From Phycisphaerales bacterium (lineage in GTDB: Bacteria; Planctomycetota; Phycisphaerae; Phycisphaerales; UBA1924), in the NCBI GenBank assembly GCA_020847175.1, contig JADLCM010000052.1, forward strand, positions 17,014-81,013: a stretch of 64,000 nucleotides of DNA, in the 5' to 3' direction. Shown here in pieces: positions 56,327 through 64,000 of this stretch; position 1 is the first letter of the stretch; each line of letters starts with the position of its first letter. Made by a program: the position numbers and the translations under genes. The notes beneath the pieces are model-generated. The model did not search any database, had not been told where the DNA came from, and was given only the letters and a program-made list of their open reading frames with translations.

Positions 56327-57754
56327 TTACCCGAGCGCCGCGGCCCGTTCCTGCAACTCGCGAATCTGGGCCCGCATCTGCTCAGCCTGGGCGGCAGCGC
56401 TGCGTGCCGCGGCCAGTTCGGAGAGTGAAGCGACCCACCCCGCCCCGGAGGCCAGCGCCTCTTCGCCGAGTGCCTGGTACTTGGCCGTCAGGGCCTGCTC
56501 AGCGGCCACCGCCTGCTCTCGGGCGGCCTGGGTCTCGCGCTGGGCATCGCCGGCTTCTGCGTTCGCCTTGGACTTCGCTTCACTCAGCGATTTCTCGGCC
56601 GCCAGAGTGGTCCCTTTGCAGGCATCGAGCTCCTTCGACGCGCGGGCCTGGTCTGCCTGGGCTCCGGAAAGCGCGGTCACCGCCTTGTCGAGGCCGGGCG
56701 GGCGGGTGCGGGCGAGCTCGGCGGCTCGCTCCAGCTGGTCACCCGCTGCCGGGAGCTTCCCCAGCACGTCCTGCGTGATGCGTCCCTCCAGCGCCTTCGC
56801 GAGCTCCGTGCAGACCGACGCGGCGGACTTCAGACCGTCAATGTGCGCCCCCAGCGCAGAACGAACGCCCGCCTGCGCCCGTTCGGCCTCTTCCGAAGCG
56901 CCCGTGAACGCGTCGAGCGCCGCGTGCTCCGCCTTGCGTGCGGCATCAACGGAGTTCTGGAGCGTCGCCAACAGCGTGTTGTGGGCCTTGGTGAGCGCGC
57001 CCGCCCGCTGCTCGGCCCGGGCCACCGCGCCCCGAAGATCTTCAACGGCGCGGGCCGCGTCTGCCACTGACTCCCCCGACGCGAGAGCCTCGCATTCCGC
57101 GCATTTCGAGGCCTGCATCCCGAGTGCTGCGCAGGCCGTCGCGCGGGCCCCGTCAAGGGTCGGGAGCTGGGCTTCGAGGTCGCGCTGCTCGCGCTGGAGC
57201 TCCTTGCGGTTCTTCCGCCGTTCGAGGTTCTGGCTGATCTTCTTCAGCGGGTTCCAGCCGCCGCCGGAACCGCTCGCGGGCGCCGGGCTTCCACCCGGCG
57301 TGTGGGCCGGCGTGCCGCTCGCCTGGCCGTGAATCGGTGTGGACTGGTGGCCGCCTGGCTCGGGCGCTCTCGGCGCCGGCCGCGCGCCGCGTGCCCCCGC
57401 GCCGGAGACCACCGCCATCGCCACCGCGCCCTCCAGCCCTTCGGGGCCGAAGCTCACGCGGTCGCCGTCACGCAGGCGCTTCATCCCGATGATCTGCTCG
57501 CCGTTGACGAAGGTGCCGTTGGTCGAGTCCTGGTCGGCGATCCACCACGCCCCATCCCGCACGAGCAGGCGCGCGTGCTTGCCCGAAACCATGAACCCGA
57601 GCTTCTCGGGGATCGCAAGTTCGTTCGAGGGCGCCCGCCCGATGCCGGCGCCGCCGGGCGGCACGACTCGGTCCTCAGGCTCGTTCACGAATCGAACCAC
57701 CAGCGACCGCGGATCTGCTCCTGAAGCCGGGCCCTCCGACGCTGCTTGATTCAT
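56327..57754 (-). CDS. FHA domain protein with long Ala-rich coiled-coil C-terminal region
   Basis: N-terminal FHA core (IGRAPSNELAIP...VSGKHARLL...DQDSTNGTFVNGEQI...GDRVSFG). This is followed by a Pro/Gly linker and about 300 aa of A/E/Q/K/L coiled coil. GGAG lies upstream of ATG 57754. Confidence 0.75.
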   Translation of the reverse strand: MNQAASEGPASGADPRSLVVRFVNEPEDRVVPPGGAGIGRAPSNELAIPEKLGFMVSGKHARLLVRDGAWWIADQDSTNGTFVNGEQIIGMKRLRDGDRVSFGPEGLEGAVAMAVVSGAGARGARPAPRAPEPGGHQSTPIHGQASGTPAHTPGGSPAPASGSGGGWNPLKKISQNLERRKNRKELQREQRDLEAQLPTLDGARATACAALGMQASKCAECEALASGESVADAARAVEDLRGAVARAEQRAGALTKAHNTLLATLQNSVDAARKAEHAALDAFTGASEEAERAQAGVRSALGAHIDGLKSAASVCTELAKALEGRITQDVLGKLPAAGDQLERAAELARTRPPGLDKAVTALSGAQADQARASKELDACKGTTLAAEKSLSEAKSKANAEAGDAQRETQAAREQAVAAEQALTAKYQALGEEALASGAGWVASLSELAAARSAAAQAEQMRAQIRELQERAAALG

Positions 57755-57964
57755 CGATCAACTCCACGGCGCGCCGCGCCCAAGGCCGCGTGCCGTGCAT
57801 GGTATCCGGCCCGCACTTCGAGATACGCCGGCCTCCGGTCACGCGGCGTGCGGCGGACCCCTGCGAGTCGCCGCGGTGGGGTGCACCCAAACCCGGACCG
57901 CGCGCGGCGTGCGCAGGTTCTCGTTGCGATCCAGGAAGCGCCAAGCCTGCGGCTCGTGCGCGCA

Positions 57965-58396
57965 TCACGCAGACCGGATGTATGCCTCCAGGTCGCGCAC
58001 GGTGTCCGCGAGTGTCGCGTTGTCCGCGAGGTTCACATCACCGATCGAGATCATGCCCGCCAACCGCCCGCCATCGACCACAGGCACGTGCCGGATGCGG
58101 CGTTCACGCATCACGTGGCGCACTTCGTCGATGGTTGTGCGCGGTTCGCAGACCACGACCCGTTCCGTCATCACCTCGCTCACGCTCGTGGAAGACGGAT
58201 TGCGCTGGCGGGCCACGACCCGGGTCAGGATGTCCCGCTCGGTGATGATGCCGACGACGTGGCCTTCTTCGAGTACGACCAAGGCCCCGATGTGGTGCGC
58301 GTTCATCAGCGATGCCGCGTCCAGCACGGTTGCGTGCGGGGTGGTGGTCACCACGCGCGCGCCCTTGGATTCGACGATCTCGTTGATACGCCACAT
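57965..58396 (-). CDS. CBS-pair domain protein
   Basis: Two CBS motifs are present (HHIGALVVLEEGHVVGIITERDI and RRIRHVPVVDGGRLAGMISIGDV). ATG at 58396. Confidence 0.85.
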   Translation of the reverse strand: MWRINEIVESKGARVVTTTPHATVLDAASLMNAHHIGALVVLEEGHVVGIITERDILTRVVARQRNPSSTSVSEVMTERVVVCEPRTTIDEVRHVMRERRIRHVPVVDGGRLAGMISIGDVNLADNATLADTVRDLEAYIRSA

Positions 58397-58592
58397 GATG
58401 ACCCCCTTTCCCCTTCGGGAACGGTCACCTCTCCTCCGTCTACTCGGCACACCCGCCCGACCTCGGACGGGATAGAACCCACGGCGCCCGAACCCTCACT
58501 GCTGGCGCAGTATCTCGCGCCGCGGGCGCGGGAGCAAGAGAATTCCCTAGGAATTGTGGCGATGTGTGAGATCCCCAGAAATCGCCCCGGCC

Positions 58593-61070
58593 TCACCCCG
58601 GGGTTTTGCCGGCCCGCTCGATCCGTACCCCGACGCCGAACTCACGAGCAAGCAGCCCTGCCTTGCGCTCGGCTCCCCACATGTCCGTCGTCGCGTCTCC
58701 CTCGGCGTGGCAGCGGAACACCATCGTCTCGTCTTCCGGTGTCAGCGTCACGCCTTTGACAATCTGAGCGTGGGCTCTGTCGAGGCCGTCCGCGATGCGC
58801 AGGATGGCCGCCAGGCGGCGCACAAGGGATCGATCTGCCTTGTCGAGACCGGCGAACCCGCGGTGCGACTTGCTCGGCTCACTCCGCCGGTGATAGCGGC
58901 AGAGCAGTGACACGACCGCGATCTGGCGGGGCGAGAGCCCGGGCAGGTCGGCATGAAGCACGATGCGCTCGCTGTGCCGGTGGTGCCGCCGGTAGCTGAT
59001 GACATACCCGATATCGTGGAGCACCCCCGCGGCTTCAAGCAGAAACCGCGCTTCGGGGCCGGCCCAGCTCTTGTTCGCGTACGTCGGGTGCGCGGCGATC
59101 TGGTCAAAGATCGAGAGCGCAAGGGCCGTGACATGCTCGCTGTGGGCGTGCTCGTAGGAGAGCGCACGTGCAAGTTGACGCACGCCATCGACCGGGCGCA
59201 TCGGAGGTCGGGTCGCCGCGCCTGTGAGTTCCTCGGCCAGGCGCCGCAGCAGCCCGGCCCGGACGCCTCCCTGGTGCACCGCCAGACGCGGGATGCCCAG
59301 GTGTTTCATCACCCGGTCAACGACGACCAGGCCCGGAATGATGATGTCCAGCCGGTCCGGGGGCAGTCCGCGCACGCGACGGCGCACCGCGGGCGGCATG
59401 TCCGCGAGGCGATCCAACAGCCGGCGCAGCGTCTCCCGCGAGACTTCCATGCCCTGAATCCGCACCGGCGCGCCGGCGGGCACGTCCCCCTGCTCGGCCT
59501 GGGCCATCGAGCCGAGGGCGGAGATCGTTCCGCCGGTGCCGATGAGCAGCCGGGGCCGGATCGGCGGCTCGCCCACCTGGCCTCGAATCAGACGCTTGAC
59601 GTGGGCCTTGAGGCGTTTGAGCTTCTTCCTGCCGGGCGACGCGCCCGCGCGGAACTTCGCCTCAAGCCGCACCGCGCCCAGCGGCAACGAGTGAATCTGC
59701 TCGAGAGCGCCCCCCGATGCCAGCGCGATCTGCACCGAGCCGCCGCCGACATCGAGGATGCCCACCGGCTGGTCCCCAAGGTGAAACGCCTCCGAGGCCG
59801 AGGCGAAGGCCAGGCGCGCCTCATCTTCGCCGGAGATGACTTCGACATCGACGCCGGCCTTCTCGCGCACCTTCTCGATGAACTCGGGCGCATTCGTGGC
59901 GTCGCGCAGCGCCGACGTGCCCACCGCGGCGAGCCGGCTCACCCCGTATCCCCGGGCGATTCCGGCGAGCCGGGTGATGATCTCCGCGGCTTCGGTCATG
60001 GCCTCCGGCGAGATCGACCCTTCTCGCGTGACGCACTCCGCCATCCGGGTCGTCTGCTTTTCATCGTCCATCACGCGAAGCCGTCCGTCGGCGAGCAGCT
60101 CCGCGACGATCAGCCGAATCGAGTTCGATCCCACGTCGATCGCCGCCAGTCGCGCCGCAGGAAACAGCCCCGGCGATTCGGGCGCGCCCGCCGGGATTAC
60201 CTCTGATGTTGCCGGCGGTGAGGCGATGATGCGCAGCGCCCCCGACAGCGCCGCGCGCCCGCGCTCCTGCCACCAGGCATCCAGGCGCTCACGCCGCGCC
60301 CGCACCCAGCGCCGGTGGCGCTCGATCAGCTCATCCAGCCCCTCGGGCGCGCCAGGGCGCGACGCGAGCGGCTCCAGCGCCGCCAGCAGCGACTCGGCAT
60401 CACGCACCTGGCCCGCCCGCATCTGGAAGTCGCGCAGCGGCGCCAGCGACTCGCGCGACACTCCGGCGAGCTCCGCGGCGTACCTGGCACGCTTGAGCGC
60501 GATCCGAAGCGGGTGCAACGCCTCGGGCTCCTCCGCGAACTTCGCTTCGCACGCCCGGGCGCGCTCGATCAACCTCGCCAGGGGCTCACGCACACGCGGG
60601 GCGCCTGGGTCTCGGGTTGCGGCGCTCGAGGTGCGCCGGGAGAGCCGGGCTCGGATGTCCGGGGCGCAGCGCTCCCGCAGTCGTTCGGCTTCGCTCTGCC
60701 GCGTTGCGACGAGTTCACGAATGACCCAGTCCAGGACTCCCGTGAACTGCACGTCGGCCTGTCGGCGCTCCGCGCGGATGAGGCGCGTGTGGACATCCAC
60801 GTCGCGCACCCGGCCCGCCGCGCGACGGGCCCGGCGGAGATCTTTCTCCCATCGTGCGCGGGCATGTGGAGCATCGAGCAGCGCGACGCCGACCCCGGCT
60901 CGGCGGAGCGCGATCCGCAGCCGATGAACCAGTCGCTCGTCGGGTGCCTCAGACTGATGCACGCGGCGCATCAGCGCACGCACCCGCCGGAGAATAGATG
61001 CAAGGTCGTCGCCGGGCACGCGGATTCCCGGTCCGGGCGAGGCGGGGTTGGAGCGGACCTCTGAAGGCAC
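58593..61070 (-). CDS. CHAD domain fused to Ppx/GppA exopolyphosphatase with C-terminal HD domain
   Basis: The N-terminal ~290 aa are CHAD-like (VHRLRIALRRAGV..., HPLRIALKRARYAAEL). Next is the Ppx/GppA core (AAIDVGSNSIRLIVAE, GTSALRDA, DVGGGS), then the HD region (HDIGYVISYRRHHRHS). Start set at GTG 61070, 6 nt after GGAG; TTG 61169 is an alternative. Confidence 0.8.
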   Translation of the reverse strand: MPSEVRSNPASPGPGIRVPGDDLASILRRVRALMRRVHQSEAPDERLVHRLRIALRRAGVGVALLDAPHARARWEKDLRRARRAAGRVRDVDVHTRLIRAERRQADVQFTGVLDWVIRELVATRQSEAERLRERCAPDIRARLSRRTSSAATRDPGAPRVREPLARLIERARACEAKFAEEPEALHPLRIALKRARYAAELAGVSRESLAPLRDFQMRAGQVRDAESLLAALEPLASRPGAPEGLDELIERHRRWVRARRERLDAWWQERGRAALSGALRIIASPPATSEVIPAGAPESPGLFPAARLAAIDVGSNSIRLIVAELLADGRLRVMDDEKQTTRMAECVTREGSISPEAMTEAAEIITRLAGIARGYGVSRLAAVGTSALRDATNAPEFIEKVREKAGVDVEVISGEDEARLAFASASEAFHLGDQPVGILDVGGGSVQIALASGGALEQIHSLPLGAVRLEAKFRAGASPGRKKLKRLKAHVKRLIRGQVGEPPIRPRLLIGTGGTISALGSMAQAEQGDVPAGAPVRIQGMEVSRETLRRLLDRLADMPPAVRRRVRGLPPDRLDIIIPGLVVVDRVMKHLGIPRLAVHQGGVRAGLLRRLAEELTGAATRPPMRPVDGVRQLARALSYEHAHSEHVTALALSIFDQIAAHPTYANKSWAGPEARFLLEAAGVLHDIGYVISYRRHHRHSERIVLHADLPGLSPRQIAVVSLLCRYHRRSEPSKSHRGFAGLDKADRSLVRRLAAILRIADGLDRAHAQIVKGVTLTPEDETMVFRCHAEGDATTDMWGAERKAGLLAREFGVGVRIERAGKTPG

Positions 61071-61411
61071 GAGAATCTCCGGGGCGTTTCGATCATAATC
61101 GTGGCGGGTCCGGCCCCGAAGCCGCTCCGCGCCGCTCGTGCAAGTTCGCGCTCGCGGGCCGGGAACCAAGGCCGCCCACGTGCGAATGGACTATCATCGA
61201 CCGCAATGGTCGGGCTCCGGGGCGAGCGCCCGGAGTGGACCCGAGAACGGGGTCGGGTATCCTGTTCAACCGGGTTCGGGCACGAGGCCGGGGCACGCAG
61301 AGCGTGCGGAGGCCCGACCGGATACCTTTCATCGTCGGCGGTGCGCGGGGGTGTTCCCGTGATTCCGGCGGGGCAAGGTCCGGGAACTCCAACAGGGAAA
61401 GGCACGTTCGT

Positions 61412-61732
61412 ATGGCAGAGAAGGCCGACAGCCGTCAGATCCAGCTGCGCATCGATGAAACCAAGATGCAGAGCACGTACTCCAACACCATCCGCACGTC
61501 GACGACGCAGGATGAAGTTGTGATGGACTTCGGGATGAACCTGCCCATGCAGGGCCCGGACAACCAGCCGGTGCTCCTGTTCCAGGTCGGCAGCCGGGTC
61601 ATCATGAACTGGGCCGGCGCCAAGCGCCTCGCCATCAGCCTCGGGCAGGTCATCCGCCAGTACGAGGAGCGCAACGGCGAAATCGCCCTCTCGCGCCCCG
61701 ACGCGGGCGGCCCCCGGCTCGCCCAGGACTAA
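61412..61732 (+). CDS. DUF3467 family small protein
   Basis: 106 aa. QSTYSNTIRTSTTQDEVVMDFG...QVGSRVIMNWAGAKRLAISLGQVIRQYEERNGEI matches the DUF3467 pattern as I recall it. Confidence 0.65.
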   Translation: MAEKADSRQIQLRIDETKMQSTYSNTIRTSTTQDEVVMDFGMNLPMQGPDNQPVLLFQVGSRVIMNWAGAKRLAISLGQVIRQYEERNGEIALSRPDAGGPRLAQD

Positions 61733-61754
61733 CTCCCGCGGAGGCTGAGCGCCC

Positions 61755-63674
61755 ATGACCAGCGTGCCGAGCACGCAGAGCACGGCGACGACCGTCGCCC
61801 AGCCGGCGCGAGGCACGCAGGGTGGGGATGTGGCTCAGGAACTCGCGGGGTTTCTCACGGGCCTGATCGAGTTGCAGTGCGCGCTCGCCGGCGCGCTGGC
61901 CGGAATCATCACCCTGGCCGGTTCGGACAAGCGCCGGGCCGGCCTTTTTACGCGCCACGCCCGCCCGGGGCGCGAAGACGTGCTCACCCCGGCCCTCCTC
62001 GCCCGCATGGAGCGGATCGGCGCCGATCTCGCATCACTCCTCCCCGACCAGGCCCGCCAGGGCCGCGTCGAGAGCATCACGCTCCCGCGCGCGGGAGAGA
62101 TGTACGGCAGCGAGACGACGTATCGCGTGATCGCCAGCCCGCTCGGGGCGGCGGGGGCCGTCGAGGGCGCCAGCGTGCTGGTCTTGTCCGCGAACGCCGA
62201 TGCACAGGCGGCACTCCAGGTCGTCGGCCTTGCCGGCGCCAAGTTCGAGACCTTTCTGTGGCGTCAGCACGCCATGCAGGAAAGCCGACAGAAAGTTCTC
62301 GCGCGCGAAACGCTCGAACTTCTCGACGCATCTCAGAAGGGTCCGACGGCCCGAACGATGGGCGCGCTCATGTGCGATGAACTTCGCCGGCGCTTCGGGT
62401 GCTCGCGGGTCTCGATCGGACTCGTGCAGGGGCCTGCCCAGCGCATCCGCCTTGCGTCGGTCAGCGGGTCCGATGAGGCCGACCGGAACGGCCCGGCAGT
62501 GGACGCCATCGAAGCCGCCATGGAGGAGTGCGCGCTCCAGGATGTCGAACTCGTCTATCCAGCGCCCCCCGAGGCGGAGCGCGATCCCGAACTCCGGCGT
62601 GTCCTCCGGTCGCACGCGGCCCTGTCGCAGTCCTTCGGCCCCTCGGCGGTGCTCAGCCTCCCGCTGCGCGTGGCGGGCGATCTGGTGGGCGTGGTCGTGC
62701 TCGAACGCGAACTGTCAGACCCCTTCCCTCCCGGGTCGGTGCCCCTCGTCCGGCTCGCGGCGGAGTTCATCGGCCCGGCGCTCTGGACCCGTCGCCTCGC
62801 GGACCGGGGTGTGCTCGCGGTCGCCCGCGACCGGATCCGCGAGGCCGGAGCGTGGGTCGTCGGGCCGACGCACACCTGGGCCAAACTCATCGGGCTCGCG
62901 GCCCTTATCAGCCTGGTTCTGGCCGCGGTCGTGCCGGTGCCCCGGCGCGTGACCGCCGACGCCGAGTGCAAGGCCGCCACGTCGCGCACGGTTGTCGCCC
63001 CCTTCGTCGGCTACCTCCGGGAGGTGAAGGTAAAGCCGGGCGTGGCCGTGCGGGAGGGAGACGAGCTCGCGCGCATGGACACCACCGACCTTGAACTCCA
63101 GGCCGCAAACCTGGAGGCCCGTCGCGCCACCGTCGCGCTGCAGCGCGATGCCGCCAGCGCCGGGGGCAAACAGGACGAGGCCGCCATGGCCGAGGCCGGC
63201 ATCCGCGAGATCGACGCCCAGGTGAACCTGCTGCGAAGCAACATCGCCAAGGCGACGCTGCGCAGCCCGATCAACGGCATCGTGAGCCGGGGCGACCTGG
63301 AAGAGTTCATCGGGGCCCGTGTGGAGCCTTCGCAGGCGCTCATGGAAGTCGTCCGCGATGACTGCGTGATCATCATCCAGGTCGATGAACGGGACATCGA
63401 CCGGGTGCGCGAGGGGCAGCGGGGCAGGCTCTCCAGCCGTGCCAGGCCCGACCAGAAAGTCGAGATCGAGGTCCGGCGCGTGAACCCCGTCGCCGAGCCG
63501 GTGCGCGGGGCCAACGTGTATCTTGTCGAGGCGGCCATTGTGACCTCGCCCGCCCCCGAATGGCTGCGCGCGGGCGAAACCGGGATTGTGCGGCTGGATG
63601 CCGGGAGCACCACCGTGCTCGGGGCGCTCGCCCGGCCCATCGTGGAGCAGGCGCGCCTGCGCCTGTGGTGGTAG
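61755..63674 (+). CDS. HlyD-family periplasmic adaptor (membrane fusion protein) with N-terminal tandem GAF-like cytoplasmic domains
   Basis: Residues ~1-345 form two GAF-like modules (...VSIGLV...LSLPLRVAGDLVGVVVLER). A TM (LIGLAALISLVLAAVVPV) follows. The barrel-sandwich/coiled-coil/beta-barrel adaptor has VVAPFVGYLREVKVKPG, ATLRSPINGIV and IIQVDERDI. Confidence 0.75.
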   Translation: MTSVPSTQSTATTVAQPARGTQGGDVAQELAGFLTGLIELQCALAGALAGIITLAGSDKRRAGLFTRHARPGREDVLTPALLARMERIGADLASLLPDQARQGRVESITLPRAGEMYGSETTYRVIASPLGAAGAVEGASVLVLSANADAQAALQVVGLAGAKFETFLWRQHAMQESRQKVLARETLELLDASQKGPTARTMGALMCDELRRRFGCSRVSIGLVQGPAQRIRLASVSGSDEADRNGPAVDAIEAAMEECALQDVELVYPAPPEAERDPELRRVLRSHAALSQSFGPSAVLSLPLRVAGDLVGVVVLERELSDPFPPGSVPLVRLAAEFIGPALWTRRLADRGVLAVARDRIREAGAWVVGPTHTWAKLIGLAALISLVLAAVVPVPRRVTADAECKAATSRTVVAPFVGYLREVKVKPGVAVREGDELARMDTTDLELQAANLEARRATVALQRDAASAGGKQDEAAMAEAGIREIDAQVNLLRSNIAKATLRSPINGIVSRGDLEEFIGARVEPSQALMEVVRDDCVIIIQVDERDIDRVREGQRGRLSSRARPDQKVEIEVRRVNPVAEPVRGANVYLVEAAIVTSPAPEWLRAGETGIVRLDAGSTTVLGALARPIVEQARLRLWW

Positions 63675-63700
63675 GTCGCCCAGCGCGATGAAAGGTGCCG

Positions 63701-64000
63701 GATGCTCGGACGCGAAGTCCAGCCCTCCTTCAGCGATGTCTGGTACCGGGTGGGGCAGACCAGGCCCCGCTTGAGCGCCCACGCCCGCATCACGCGCCAG
63801 CAGTACGGCCCGCAGGTCTCCTACGTGATCGAAGACCCCGCCGGAGGCGGCTACTACCGCCTCTCTGCGCCTGCGTACTTCTTCGTGGGCCTGCTCGACG
63901 GGCGACGCACGGCGGACGACGCGTGGGAGGCGTGCTGCGCCCAAATGGGCGACGATGCGCCAACGCAGCGCGAGTGCGTCGATGTGCTCTCCAAGCTCCA
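63701..64000 (+). CDS. N-terminal PqqD/RRE-like segment of a larger protein (probably an M50-type membrane metalloprotease partner of the HlyD adaptor); 3' end outside window
   Basis: My own translation from ATG 63701: MLGREVQPSFSDVWYRVGQTRPRLSAHARITRQQYGPQVSYVIEDPAGGGYYRLSAPAYFFVGLLDGRRTADDAWEACCAQMGDDAPTQRECVDVLSKL. It stays open to the window end with high GC3. The M50 continuation is inferred, not seen. Confidence 0.5.

Noticed and set aside
61071-61169. TTG 61169 as the start of the CHAD-Ppx gene
   Set aside because: GTG 61070 has a GGAG 6 nt upstream and still precedes the first CHAD helix. The extra 33 residues are R/G/T/P-rich. It is kept only as an alternative.

Overview
High-GC (roughly 65-70% by eye, not computed), gene-dense chromosomal segment with genes on both strands. 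It is most consistent with a Planctomycetota genome, possibly Phycisphaerae-like. That placement is an inference from three prepilin-type [17 protein letters not shown]... paralogues, two PEP-CTERM-type secreted proteins, several FHA proteins and the GC content. I call 58 CDS, two of them truncated by the window edges, and one tRNA-Thr(CGU). I also call one near-consensus sigma-54 promoter, three sigma-70-like promoters, six hairpin terminators, one perfect 10-copy heptanucleotide tandem repeat and one 1035-bp inverted paralogous repeat pair. Most of the content is housekeeping (dxs, folE2, lpxA, gcvP, tilS, rsmB, aroD-aroE fusion, eda, pepP, floA, lemA). A flagellar regulatory and rod block lies at 22.0-30.5 kb. 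I recognised no rRNA, CRISPR array, transposase, integrase, phage gene or known defence-system hallmark. The loci I consider most worth follow-up are: (1) 30.6-36.8 kb, where two ~90% identical prepilin-like genes in inverted orientation bracket a TPR-sulfotransferase plus orphan ExbD cassette; (2) 61.4-64.0 kb, a DUF3467 / GAF-GAF-HlyD adaptor / PqqD-like (probably M50 protease) operon that runs off the window; (3) the sigma-54 flagellar module with RDD and giant TPR proteins; (4) a CHAD-Ppx/GppA-HD fusion; (5) the (CCGGCGT)10 repeat. All family assignments come from motif recognition by eye and no database search was run. Start codons were chosen from SD spacing and N-terminal plausibility and may be off.
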